Positions 41,565 to 54,138 of a stretch of 64,000 nucleotides of DNA are shown in pieces. A program made the position numbers and the translations under genes. Source of the DNA: an uncultured cyanobacterium (lineage in GTDB: Bacteria > Cyanobacteriota > Cyanobacteriia > Pseudanabaenales > Pseudanabaenaceae); the NCBI GenBank assembly GCA_963703315.1, contig OY969811.1, positions 2,848,001 to 2,912,000 on the forward strand, in the 5' to 3' direction. The stretch's first letter is position 1. Each line of letters opens with the position of its first letter. The notes beneath the pieces were generated by a model that worked only from the letters and a program-made list of their open reading frames with translations, did no database searches and had not been told where the DNA came from.

Positions 41565-42932
41565 ATGAAAATCGTTAGCCGTAAATCGTTAGGTGTGCAA
41601 TCTGTTTTTGACATCGGCTTAGAAGGCGATCATAATTTTTTACTAGATAAGGGTTATATTGCCTCAAATTGCTTTAATAAGTCCCATAGTGTCGCCTATG
41701 GATATGTAACCTACCAGACAGCATATCTAAAAGCGAATTATCCCGTTGAATATATGGCAGCGCTATTGTCTTCGGTCAGTGGTGACCAAGACAAAGTGCA
41801 GCGCTATATTGCTAACTGCCGTAGCATGGCTATTGATGTCCTACCTCCTGATGTCAATAGTTCAGGAGAAGACTTTACGCCACGTGGTCAGCAAATTTTA
41901 TTTGGATTAGCAGCAATTAAAAATCTCGGTGCAGGACCGATCGCGGCAATTTTACAGGCGCGTCAGGATGGTGCTTTTACATCTTTGGCAGATTTATGTA
42001 GTCGCCTCGATTCGCGATCGCTTAACAAAAAAGCGTTAGAAGCCTTAATTCAAACTGGGGCGCTCGATTTATTAGAGCCGAATCGTCATCAGTTGATGAG
42101 TGACCTCGATATTACGATGGAATGGGCTTCGCGCCGTGCTAAGGAGCAAGCATCGGGTCAGGGCAATATTTTTGACTTTTTTGGTGAAAGTAGCAATACG
42201 AAAACCTTTGATACTGCACCAAAAACAACTCGCGTGCAGGATTATTCTTCGCAGGAAAAACTGCGCCTAGAAAAGGAATTGCTTGGTTTTTACATTTCCG
42301 ATCATCCCCTGAGCGTAGTTAGTCGCTCGGCGAGGGTGATGGCTCCGATTAATCTCTGCGATATTCCTGATTCTTCAGAAACTAAGATCGTGACGGCGAT
42401 CGCGATCATTCTCGATATTAAAGAAGTCGTCACTAAAAAAGGCGATCGCATGGCAATTGTGCAACTTGAAGACCTGACGGGCAGTACCGAAGCTGTAGTT
42501 TTCCCCAAAACCTTTGATAAGGTGAAGCATCTGCTTGAAAAAGATAAACGCTTGATGGTGTGGGGCAAAATTGATCGCCGCGATGAACAAACCCAATTAA
42601 TTATTGACAATATGCAGTCCATTGAGTCAGTGCGAATGGTGCGGGTCGAGCTTACTCGCGAACAGGCAAGCGATCGCCAAGTTTTGCAACAACTTAAGAA
42701 TGCCTTAAATCCTAATCCTAGCTATAGCAATGCTAGTCAAGGTAATTCTAGCTATGGCAGAAATGAACCCGATACTTCTGGCAAAATCCCTGTGATTGCC
42801 TCGATTGAATATATGCCCAAACTTGTACGCTTAGGCAATCAGTTTTGGGTTGAAGATGAAGAGACTGCTGTTAAGTCCTTAAAGCAAGCAGGATTTAATG
42901 CCACCTACGACGCACTAGTTACCAATAATTAA
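41565..42932 (+). CDS. dnaE: DNA polymerase III alpha, C-terminal half, with split-intein C fragment (DnaE-c)
   Basis: 35-aa Int-C ending HNFLL...IASN, then C-extein CFNKSHS; EKELLGFYISDHP; OB fold. Confidence 0.96.
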   Translation: MKIVSRKSLGVQSVFDIGLEGDHNFLLDKGYIASNCFNKSHSVAYGYVTYQTAYLKANYPVEYMAALLSSVSGDQDKVQRYIANCRSMAIDVLPPDVNSSGEDFTPRGQQILFGLAAIKNLGAGPIAAILQARQDGAFTSLADLCSRLDSRSLNKKALEALIQTGALDLLEPNRHQLMSDLDITMEWASRRAKEQASGQGNIFDFFGESSNTKTFDTAPKTTRVQDYSSQEKLRLEKELLGFYISDHPLSVVSRSARVMAPINLCDIPDSSETKIVTAIAIILDIKEVVTKKGDRMAIVQLEDLTGSTEAVVFPKTFDKVKHLLEKDKRLMVWGKIDRRDEQTQLIIDNMQSIESVRMVRVELTREQASDRQVLQQLKNALNPNPSYSNASQGNSSYGRNEPDTSGKIPVIASIEYMPKLVRLGNQFWVEDEETAVKSLKQAGFNATYDALVTNN

Positions 42933-42987
42933 CAAGTGTGCGGCGCTTCGCGCCGCACACTTGTATGAATGAAAGCGGTTGACACTC

Positions 42988-43102
42988 TATAGCAAAAAAA
43001 GTTTTGCTTAGGACACAAAACCAGAAGGCGAGTGGCGGCGCTCCGCGCCGCCACTCGCTTCTTGGGTTTTAGGTTGTACTAACCAACTCTTGCTTTGCTA
43101 TA
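42988..43102. mobile_element. 115-bp TATAGC...GCTATA MITE-like element inside an outer inverted repeat
   Basis: Same length and layout as 48885-48999; flanked by ATGAAAGCGGTTGACA (42969) and TGTCAACCGCTTTCAT (43103). Confidence 0.65.
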
Positions 43103-43125
43103 TGTCAACCGCTTTCATAACTTCA

Positions 43126-43141
43126 GTTCGGTAAACCACAC
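43126..43141 (+). promoter_or_regulatory. K-box upstream of groESL
   Basis: GTTCGG-TAAA-CCACAC matches the cyanobacterial K-box GTTCGG-NNAN-CCNNAC. Confidence 0.75.
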
Positions 43142-43169
43142 TATAGACATTGCAACCCTTTCGGTTAAA

Positions 43170-43196
43170 TTAGCACTCAGTCACCTAGAGTGCTAA
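43170..43196 (+). promoter_or_regulatory. CIRCE element (HrcA operator)
   Basis: TTAGCACTC-N9-GAGTGCTAA, exact consensus. Confidence 0.97.
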
Positions 43197-43243
43197 ACCA
43201 CTCTAGACAAAGCCACAAACGCTAGTCAAGTGAGTGCATAACT

Positions 43244-43552
43244 ATGGCAACAACATTAAACGTAACTACCGTAAAGCCTTTAGCCGATCGCGTATTTATC
43301 AAAGTAAGCGCTAAAGAAGAAAAAACCGCAGGTGGAATTTTCTTACCTGATACCGCCAAAGAAAAGCCCCAAGTTGGTGAAATCGCCGCAGTCGGACCTG
43401 GCAAGCTCGATGATAAAGGCGATCGCCAAGCCCTCGAAGTCAAAGTCGGAGATAAAGTTCTTTACTCCAAATATGCTGGCACTGATATCAAACTTGGCAC
43501 AGACGAATATGTGCTGCTAGCAGAAAAAGATATTTTAGCGATCGTTTCATAA
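43244..43552 (+). CDS. groES: Co-chaperonin GroES
   Basis: [36 protein letters not shown]. Confidence 0.98.
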   Translation: MATTLNVTTVKPLADRVFIKVSAKEEKTAGGIFLPDTAKEKPQVGEIAAVGPGKLDDKGDRQALEVKVGDKVLYSKYAGTDIKLGTDEYVLLAEKDILAIVS

Positions 43553-43615
43553 TCTTCTTTTTAGAGCGCGAAGCGCTCTAAAAAAATACTAACTAATCAA
43601 CTATTAACCAATTAA

Positions 43616-45256
<1,641 letters not shown>

Positions 45257-45261
45257 TTATC

Positions 45262-45325
45262 ATCAAGATTCGCTAAGCGAATCTTGATAAAAGAAAAGGG
45301 AGCGCTAAGCGCTCCCTTTTCTTTT
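45262..45325 (+). terminator. Two hairpins after groEL
   Basis: ATCAAGATTCGC-TAA-GCGAATCTTGAT and AAAAGAAAAGGGAGCGC-TAA-GCGCTCCCTTTTCTTTT. Confidence 0.7.
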
Positions 45326-45366
45326 TTGAGTTAAGATTTCAAAGCTAAGTCGTATCTTTTCTATCA

Positions 45367-46683
45367 ATGCCTAAGTTCTATAAGCTAGCTGAGCATTTGC
45401 CCAAGCTTCACAAGTGTCTTCATCCCAATCCCAAATTACAACGGGGATGGCTGAGTTTGCAGTGGGGAATGGCGCTACATCCGCTTAATGGATTGCTTGC
45501 AGCTTTTCCACTAACTTTTGGAATGTTTACAATGTGGTGGCAACATTGGCAGAAAATTACTAGCGATCGCCTGAGTCAAAGTTTTTTATACTTTTGTGGT
45601 TGGTTTGCGATCACCTGTCTATGGTCACTCAATCCTCTACAGTCTGTAGGGGGTGCAGCTAATTACATTCCATTTATCTTGTTTTTTTTACCATTGCGCT
45701 TAATTTTACGCACAACTGAGCAGTTACGCCGCATTGCATGGATGATCGTTACTGGCTCAATTTTTAATGCGGTACTGGGATTGGGACAGAATTTTTGGAA
45801 CTGGTCAAAGCAAGTTAATTTCTCTATAACGTCTCTCGCTTTGAAAGAGCCAGATACATTGGCGAGAATGACTGCTAGTTTTACCCATGCTAATTTTTTT
45901 GCTAGTTATTTAGTTATTGCTTTAATTTTAGGCATAGTGCTTTGGTGTGAGGCTTGGCAGCATAATTCTGGAAAACAATGGCAAAATCCCCAAAAATTAG
46001 CGATCACAATACTTAGCATCAGCATTTTATTAAACCTAGTCTGCCTTTTTTATACGAGTTCGCGTAATGGCTGGTTGACATTCCTATTAACTGCTGTAGC
46101 CTTGATGCTCTTTTATGGTCAGCGTTGGCTTGTCATCGCTTTAGGCGCGATCGCCAGTTTAGTTATGGCTGCTGCCTTTGCGGGGGAACCTATTCAAGGT
46201 TGGTTGCGCCAAATTGTCCCTTACGCGATCTGGGCAAGAATCAATGGACAAATGTATCCTGAGCCCTATACTAGTAGCCGTGTTGGTATTTGGCAATATG
46301 CATGGGAATTAGTTCAGCAAAAGCCTTGGACGGGATGGGGATTACAAACTTTTCCACAATTGTACGAAGCTCATGCTCAAATTTATTTAGGACACGCCCA
46401 TAATTTATTTTTGACGCTCTCAATGGAAGTAGGCATCCCTACAACTTTGATGTTAGGAGGTTTGATTGGCTGGATTATGTTCCAATCTGTGAGAAATCTG
46501 ATGCTAGCAGACCGTAGCGATCGCCCGATTTTATTTGGATATATTCTGTGCTTTAGTGCTTTGATTATGTTCAATATTGTGGATGTTACTTTATTTGAGC
46601 CGAGGCTGAATATGCTTGCTTGGATATTTTTAGCGGTGCTATCTAGGCATGGCAAAAAATTAGCAAGTAAGGACAATTCATGA
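45367..46683 (+). CDS. O-antigen ligase/polymerase (Wzy_C/IctB-like) family membrane protein
   Basis: R..ASFTHANFFASY, TSSRNGW, KPWTGWG, HAHN; multiple TM helices. Confidence 0.85.
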   Translation: MPKFYKLAEHLPKLHKCLHPNPKLQRGWLSLQWGMALHPLNGLLAAFPLTFGMFTMWWQHWQKITSDRLSQSFLYFCGWFAITCLWSLNPLQSVGGAANYIPFILFFLPLRLILRTTEQLRRIAWMIVTGSIFNAVLGLGQNFWNWSKQVNFSITSLALKEPDTLARMTASFTHANFFASYLVIALILGIVLWCEAWQHNSGKQWQNPQKLAITILSISILLNLVCLFYTSSRNGWLTFLLTAVALMLFYGQRWLVIALGAIASLVMAAAFAGEPIQGWLRQIVPYAIWARINGQMYPEPYTSSRVGIWQYAWELVQQKPWTGWGLQTFPQLYEAHAQIYLGHAHNLFLTLSMEVGIPTTLMLGGLIGWIMFQSVRNLMLADRSDRPILFGYILCFSALIMFNIVDVTLFEPRLNMLAWIFLAVLSRHGKKLASKDNS

Positions 46684-46700
46684 ATTGTCCTTACTTGCTA
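46661..46700. repeat. Perfect loop-less 40-bp palindrome containing the stop codon
   Basis: TAGCAAGTAAGGACAATTCA|TGAATTGTCCTTACTTGCTA. Confidence 0.9.
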
Positions 46701-46798
46701 CAGCAGGTTTCGATTAAAAGAACCCCAAAAAGCTTAAAACGTTGCTTTGCAAAGTTTTTAAGCTTTTTGGGGTTCGGATTTGAGCGCAAAGCGCTGTA
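46699..46798. mobile_element. 100-bp TACAGC...GCTGTA MITE-like element with internal hairpin
   Basis: Terminal inverted repeat; GAACCCCAAAAAGCTTAAAA...TTTTAAGCTTTTTGGGGTTC inside; similar right end at 13084-13099. Confidence 0.5.
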
Positions 46799-46804
46799 AG
46801 TTCT

Positions 46805-48999
<2,195 letters not shown>

Positions 49000-49021
49000 T
49001 TTTAAGCAAATTACAACGGTA

Positions 49022-50245
49022 ATGAAAATTCGCAAGATTGATAAAAACGATCGCCTTGAAATTCTCAAAGGAGATTTGTATGCCTATTCACGCTGGACTA
49101 ATCAGGATTTGCCGCGATCGCATTTAACAGCAATTAATCCTGATGAGGTATTAGCAGTCGAAATCGATGGCAAGATCGTAGCGGCTTTGCAATGTTTTCC
49201 CTTTCAGCAATCGGTGCGCGGCACGCTAAAACCAATGGGGGGCATCGGCGGCGTATGGACATATCCTGAATATCGCAATCGTGGCTGTGTCAGCGCCTTG
49301 ATGAAAAGTGCTTTTTTAGAAATGCGGATGCAGGGAATTTCGGTGAGTATGCTCACGCCCTTTAAAGAAAGTTTTTATGAATCATTGGGCTATGCGATCG
49401 CTAATGCCACCAACGAGATCACAATTCCGATTGCATCTTTCAGCAATTATCTAAAACTTCCCATTTATGCCAACTGGTCATGCGATCGCCTGCCAGCAAC
49501 CGAAGTCAGAGATACTTTGTCAAATTTCCTCTACGAAAGTCTGCGATCGCAAACCCTGTTGCCCCATAGTCACGGTTTAGCGATTACGAATTTTACTTAT
49601 GACCAATGGTGGCATTTGCATCGGCAGAAGCTCTGTGTGTTGATCAAGCGCAATCATCAGCCTGTAGCACTGGCAATTTATGCGATCGATAGCAGTGGCA
49701 ATTTGCCATTCACCGATCGCCAGATTGAAATTTCATCGATATTTTGGACAGACTTAGAATCCCGCGATCGCCTGTTTTCTTTTTTTGCCAGCCATCGTGA
49801 TCAAATCCATAGCCTGAAAATGCCATTGCCATTAGATACAAATGTGCATACATGGTTAAGTAATGCAGGCAAATTACCATCATCGCTGACTGAGCCTTGG
49901 ATGGTGAGAATTATCGATATTGTCCAAGCTTTACATGGTTTGCCAATCGCCTGTGAGCCATTTACCTTTGCCCTTAACGATCCGCATTGCAGTTGGAATG
50001 AAGGAGTTTTTCGAGTCGATGGCGATCGCGGTAGTCTGACGGTCAAGCGTTATAACGGTGATTTTCCTGATTTAGCGATCGACTTTCGTGCCACCATTGC
50101 AGGGATCTCAGCCCTGATTTATGGCACACATGGCATTGATGAACTTATACATAAACAATGGATTACGGATATTAACCCCATCACTTACGAAGTATTAGAA
50201 AATGCCTTTACACCATGCGTGATTTATAATCCTTTTAAGTTCTGA
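49022..50245 (+). CDS. Eis-like GNAT acetyltransferase
   Basis: GGIGGVWTYPEYRNRG, FYESLGY, MVRIIDI..AL, DPHCSWNEG. Confidence 0.85.
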   Translation: MKIRKIDKNDRLEILKGDLYAYSRWTNQDLPRSHLTAINPDEVLAVEIDGKIVAALQCFPFQQSVRGTLKPMGGIGGVWTYPEYRNRGCVSALMKSAFLEMRMQGISVSMLTPFKESFYESLGYAIANATNEITIPIASFSNYLKLPIYANWSCDRLPATEVRDTLSNFLYESLRSQTLLPHSHGLAITNFTYDQWWHLHRQKLCVLIKRNHQPVALAIYAIDSSGNLPFTDRQIEISSIFWTDLESRDRLFSFFASHRDQIHSLKMPLPLDTNVHTWLSNAGKLPSSLTEPWMVRIIDIVQALHGLPIACEPFTFALNDPHCSWNEGVFRVDGDRGSLTVKRYNGDFPDLAIDFRATIAGISALIYGTHGIDELIHKQWITDINPITYEVLENAFTPCVIYNPFKF

Positions 50246-50300
50246 CCCCCGTTGCAGCAACCGAGCCTGCGGCTCGGTTGCTGCAAAACCTTATAAAAGC

Positions 50301-50690
50301 ATGAAAGAAAAACTCACTCGCAGTCAAGAACGAGTGCTACATCTCCTCCAACATCACGATCGCGCCGTATCCGCGCAAGATATTCATTCGGAGTTACGCA
50401 ATAGCGAAAAAAGTGTGGGTTTGGCGACAGTATATCGATCGCTAGAAACGCTCAAATTGCAAGGCTTAATCAAGGCGCTGACTTTACCCAATGGCGAAAC
50501 AATTTATAGCGTCACCCGTGCCGATCGCCATCATCTCAATTGTCTGAACTGTGGTCAATCTTTCCCGATTGATAGCTGCCCCATTCACGATTTGGGTAAT
50601 CAACTCGCAAAACAACATAAATTTCAGATTTATTATCACACTCTCGAATTTTTTGGTATGTGTAGTCAATGTCAGCAGGAATCTCCATAA
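50301..50690 (+). CDS. zur: Fur-family regulator, cyanobacterial Zur/FurB type
   Basis: TRSQERVL, SAQDI, GLATVYRSL, HHLNCLNC, HTLEFFGMC..C. Confidence 0.82.
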   Translation: MKEKLTRSQERVLHLLQHHDRAVSAQDIHSELRNSEKSVGLATVYRSLETLKLQGLIKALTLPNGETIYSVTRADRHHLNCLNCGQSFPIDSCPIHDLGNQLAKQHKFQIYYHTLEFFGMCSQCQQESP

Positions 50691-50727
50691 ACAAGGGGCT
50701 TAAGCCCCTTGTCCAAGAAACTAAACT

Positions 50728-51267
50728 ATGAAAACTGTACTTGTACCTCTATTTGAAGGCTTTGAAGAAATCGAAGCAATTACGATTATCGATGTGTTGC
50801 GCCGCGCTGATATTGAAGTGGTGACGGCAAGCTTAGCAACACAAACTGTGATCGGCGCTCATGCGATCGCCATTACCGCCGATAAGATTCTTGATGAAGT
50901 TGATGCTAGTCAATTTGATGCGATCGTCCTTGCTGGTGGTGCAGGTACTTTCCGACTTAGAGAAGATCCTCGCATTGCCAAAATATTGATTGCCCATGCC
51001 AAAACCAATAAACTGCTGGGGGCAATCTGTGCCGCACCGACCGTTCTCTCCGCCGCAGGATTGCTCAAAGGTAAACGTGCCACATCCTTCCCATCGGTTA
51101 AATCTCAATTAGAAGTAGGGGAATATTTAGAAATTCCTGTGGTAGTTGATGACAAGGTGGTTACTAGTCGTGGCGCAGGTACAGCGATGGCGTTTGCACT
51201 CAAGTTAGTTGAAATTTTACAAGGGGAGGCGATCGCCAATAAACTCGCCACAGACATGATCGTGTAG
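50728..51267 (+). CDS. DJ-1/ThiJ/PfpI family protein
   Basis: GFEEIEA, DVLRRA, AICAAP, TSRGAGTA. Confidence 0.92.
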   Translation: MKTVLVPLFEGFEEIEAITIIDVLRRADIEVVTASLATQTVIGAHAIAITADKILDEVDASQFDAIVLAGGAGTFRLREDPRIAKILIAHAKTNKLLGAICAAPTVLSAAGLLKGKRATSFPSVKSQLEVGEYLEIPVVVDDKVVTSRGAGTAMAFALKLVEILQGEAIANKLATDMIV

Positions 51268-51355
51268 ATATTGGCAGGTTTAACCTTGGGGTCGAAAAGA
51301 TTGGTTTTGACTTATGATAATCTTGTGAAATAGCTAGCCAGTTATTGATGAATCT

Positions 51356-52654
51356 ATGTCAGAGGTTAAATCAGTATCCCAAGTTCTCTTAGGTTATAAA
51401 TCAGCGCTTGAGAAACTGGAAAGAACATATCCAAAGCCATCATCTACTGATGCCTTAGTTGTTCTAATGAAGCGAGAGGAGTTGCAAGCTTTACTTTCAG
51501 AACGTCCTGAATTGCTAACTGCAAACCTGATCGCGATCGCAGATTTAGACAATCGGCTCAAAAACCAAAAAAGTTTAATTGTTAAGTTGCTAAAGCTTTC
51601 TGAATGGAGAGCAATTCTTGAACCGCCTGAAAAGCATTGGTGGTGGTTTTTCTCTTCTAAATGGGAGAGATTTGATTGGCTGTGGAACGCTGGTTCTATT
51701 CTGTTTTTGGCTGTTTCCTTGGGGTTACTGGTTAATACATCAACTAGGATGCTGAGTGGTGGCGCAACCTCTGGAAATACGATATTTGTGGTATTGCAAA
51801 GCGTTTTACCGTTATTAGTTGGTGGTGGGACTTTCACGCAAGCAGGGAAAGAAGCCTATGAAAAAGTTCTGATTAGCTTGCAGATTGATAAACAGTTTTG
51901 GCAAGAAATTAGTTGCGGTTTATCTTTTCTAGTATTGTGCATTTTGTTTGGAGTGAATTCTTCCTTACCCAATTGGGCGATCGCTGTTAATCAGAGTGGC
52001 ATCACAAATTACAACAATAAGCGCATAGAAAGTGCAAAAGCTGATTTTGAGAGGGCGATCGCTATGCGTCCTGACTATGGCGAAGCTCATTACAATCTTG
52101 GCTGGCTTTATGAAGAACTAAATGATCTTGAGAAGGCGAAAGTGCAGTATGAGTTAGCTGTTCAAGGCGATCTGCAAAAATTTGATCAGGGTGTTAATCA
52201 TCTCAAGGCGTTGAATAATTTAGGGCGTTTATACATTCTCAAAAAGGAATATGGAACGGCTGTACGTTTTCTCAATCAAGGTATCCAAGAGAGCGCAAGT
52301 ACTAAATCTATGACTTCATGGGAAAATTCTAGTGACGGAGGAGTCTATTACAATTTACGCAAAAATATGGGCTGGGCGAGGTTCATGCAGGAGCGCTATG
52401 TTGAAGCAGAGGTGCAGCTTAGAGCAGTGATCGCTTTAGAGCCTAAACGCAGTTCTGCTTACTGCTTGCTAGCTCAGGTTTTAGAGGCTAAAGAGCCAAA
52501 TAATCAAGCGATCGCCTTAGAGTTTTGGACAAAATGTATCCGTTTCGCAACTCCGATGGATTTTTCTCAGTCAGAGGAGGATGACTGGTACGGATTGGCG
52601 AATAAGCGTTTGGATAAGGCGTTTTCCAACAAAGATACAAGTAAGGATAAGTAA
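51356..52654 (+). CDS. Membrane-anchored TPR protein
   Basis: Helical N-domain ending HWWWF, about 3 TM helices, TPRs (AHYNLGWLYE, ALNNLGRLY, KNMGWA). Confidence 0.82.
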   Translation: MSEVKSVSQVLLGYKSALEKLERTYPKPSSTDALVVLMKREELQALLSERPELLTANLIAIADLDNRLKNQKSLIVKLLKLSEWRAILEPPEKHWWWFFSSKWERFDWLWNAGSILFLAVSLGLLVNTSTRMLSGGATSGNTIFVVLQSVLPLLVGGGTFTQAGKEAYEKVLISLQIDKQFWQEISCGLSFLVLCILFGVNSSLPNWAIAVNQSGITNYNNKRIESAKADFERAIAMRPDYGEAHYNLGWLYEELNDLEKAKVQYELAVQGDLQKFDQGVNHLKALNNLGRLYILKKEYGTAVRFLNQGIQESASTKSMTSWENSSDGGVYYNLRKNMGWARFMQERYVEAEVQLRAVIALEPKRSSAYCLLAQVLEAKEPNNQAIALEFWTKCIRFATPMDFSQSEEDDWYGLANKRLDKAFSNKDTSKDK

Positions 52655-52656
52655 CC

Positions 52657-53559
52657 ATGCAAAAGCGATCGCGAGTTGGGCAAGCCTTTATATTTGGTTG
52701 TGGTTTATTAAGTATGTTAGGGACGCTGGTATTGCCTGAGATGGCTGTGGCTAATCCTCCTGTCAGGATTTGGTCGCTTAGTCCTAAGGCGAGCATTCTC
52801 CGTAATGGAGTGAGTAAACCAGCACGTTATTTTATGGAGATAAAGCCAGAGGATCTGGTGAAGCCTGAGATTGGTAGGGTGTTGGAGGTTCTTTGTTCTG
52901 ATAATCAAATCCGTACAGTACAATCTGGTGTCTTTTCAGGATTAGGCACAATCTGTCCTCTATCTTCTTCAAATCGTATAACTCCCAATACTTTTGAGTC
53001 ACGCGGTAATAACTGTTCTTCGATCGCGCCTAATGTTTTGGCTCCTGCATCTGACAAACTAATCGCGACAACGGCTGCTTATCCCACGTTTCAGTTTTTA
53101 GTGCCAACGACATCGGCGAGTCAGGCTGAGTTTGTCCTCAAAGGTAGCGATCGCAAGGCGATTTATCGTCAGACCTTTGCTTTGTCTGGTCAGTCGGGTA
53201 TTTTACGAGTGGCGTTACCTACCGATGGCAGCATTGGCGAGTTGGCTTTGGGGCAGACCTATAAATGGGAGCTTAATATCATTTGCGATCCAAGCGATCG
53301 CAAGCAGGACGACTTTGTGGTGGGTTCTTTGCAGAGAGTGCCTCTAGCGAATGATCCTCAGCATCAGTTACCGCTATCTTTGCGCGATCGCCTCTTGTTT
53401 TATAGTGTCAAAGGATTAAATTATGATGAATTAGTGGTGTTGGATGCATTGCGAAGGGAAGCTCCGACCGATGGCGAGATCCAAACTTATTGGGAGTCTT
53501 TGTTAGAACGCTACAAGTTGGGAGATTTGAAAAGGTTGCCAGCGATCGCCTTGCCGTAG
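52657..53559 (+). CDS. Secreted DUF928 domain protein
   Basis: Signal peptide; TTAAYPTFQFLVP, AEFVL, YKWELNIICDPSDR, WESLL. Confidence 0.8.
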   Translation: MQKRSRVGQAFIFGCGLLSMLGTLVLPEMAVANPPVRIWSLSPKASILRNGVSKPARYFMEIKPEDLVKPEIGRVLEVLCSDNQIRTVQSGVFSGLGTICPLSSSNRITPNTFESRGNNCSSIAPNVLAPASDKLIATTAAYPTFQFLVPTTSASQAEFVLKGSDRKAIYRQTFALSGQSGILRVALPTDGSIGELALGQTYKWELNIICDPSDRKQDDFVVGSLQRVPLANDPQHQLPLSLRDRLLFYSVKGLNYDELVVLDALRREAPTDGEIQTYWESLLERYKLGDLKRLPAIALP

Positions 53560-53598
53560 CCAAAATCTCAGTAAATTTGAAAATAATAAGGAGTTAAT

Positions 53599-53892
53599 AT
53601 GACGCAAATTATTTTAGAAATCGGTCAGCCTATGGTCATTGAAAAGCTGAGAAGTCTTGCCCAAAAGTATCAGCGAACTTTGGAGGAGCAGATTGTTCTA
53701 ATTTTAGAAAATGCTGTTACGCCTTTGCCCCAAGGACAAGGGACTGTTTCTGCCTTAGATAATGGTCAAGATGGCTTTTGGGATATGACTTTAAGGTTTA
53801 GGCAGAGGATACAGCAGGAAAATATTGTGTTCACTGACGAAGATTTTGCGGGTTTGCGCGATCGCTCTGCGGGTCGGGAGGTTGAGTTTTGA
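53599..53892 (+). CDS. Putative antitoxin (FitA/VapB-like)
   Basis: IEKLRSLAQKYQRTLEEQIVLILE RHH-like start; C-terminal LRDRSAGREVEF; TTGA overlap with a PIN fragment. Confidence 0.65.
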   Translation: MTQIILEIGQPMVIEKLRSLAQKYQRTLEEQIVLILENAVTPLPQGQGTVSALDNGQDGFWDMTLRFRQRIQQENIVFTDEDFAGLRDRSAGREVEF

Positions 53893-53987
53893 CTTTAAGG
53901 TATTTGTTAGACACCAATGTTATTTCGGAGGTGACTCGTCCAAGCCCTAAGACTAATATTGTCCGAAAGCTTACTGAGCATCAATGA
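53889..53987 (+). pseudogene. vapC: Truncated VapC/PIN toxin (32 aa)
   Basis: MTLRYLLDTNVISEVTRPSPKTNIVRKLTEHQ*; LLDTNVISE is the PIN N-terminal motif; the rest of the domain is absent. Confidence 0.75.
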
Positions 53988-54138
53988 GCGAGAACAACGG
54001 CTACCATTGCTGCACTCAAGATGAATCGTTCGCCTTTGGTTCGGGTTAGAACGATGTGGGTAAAATTGGGCGAACATCCACCCGCATAGGAATAATTGTA
54101 GGCTGTCGCATTAAGGTTAAACAAATAGAGAGGCTGAA

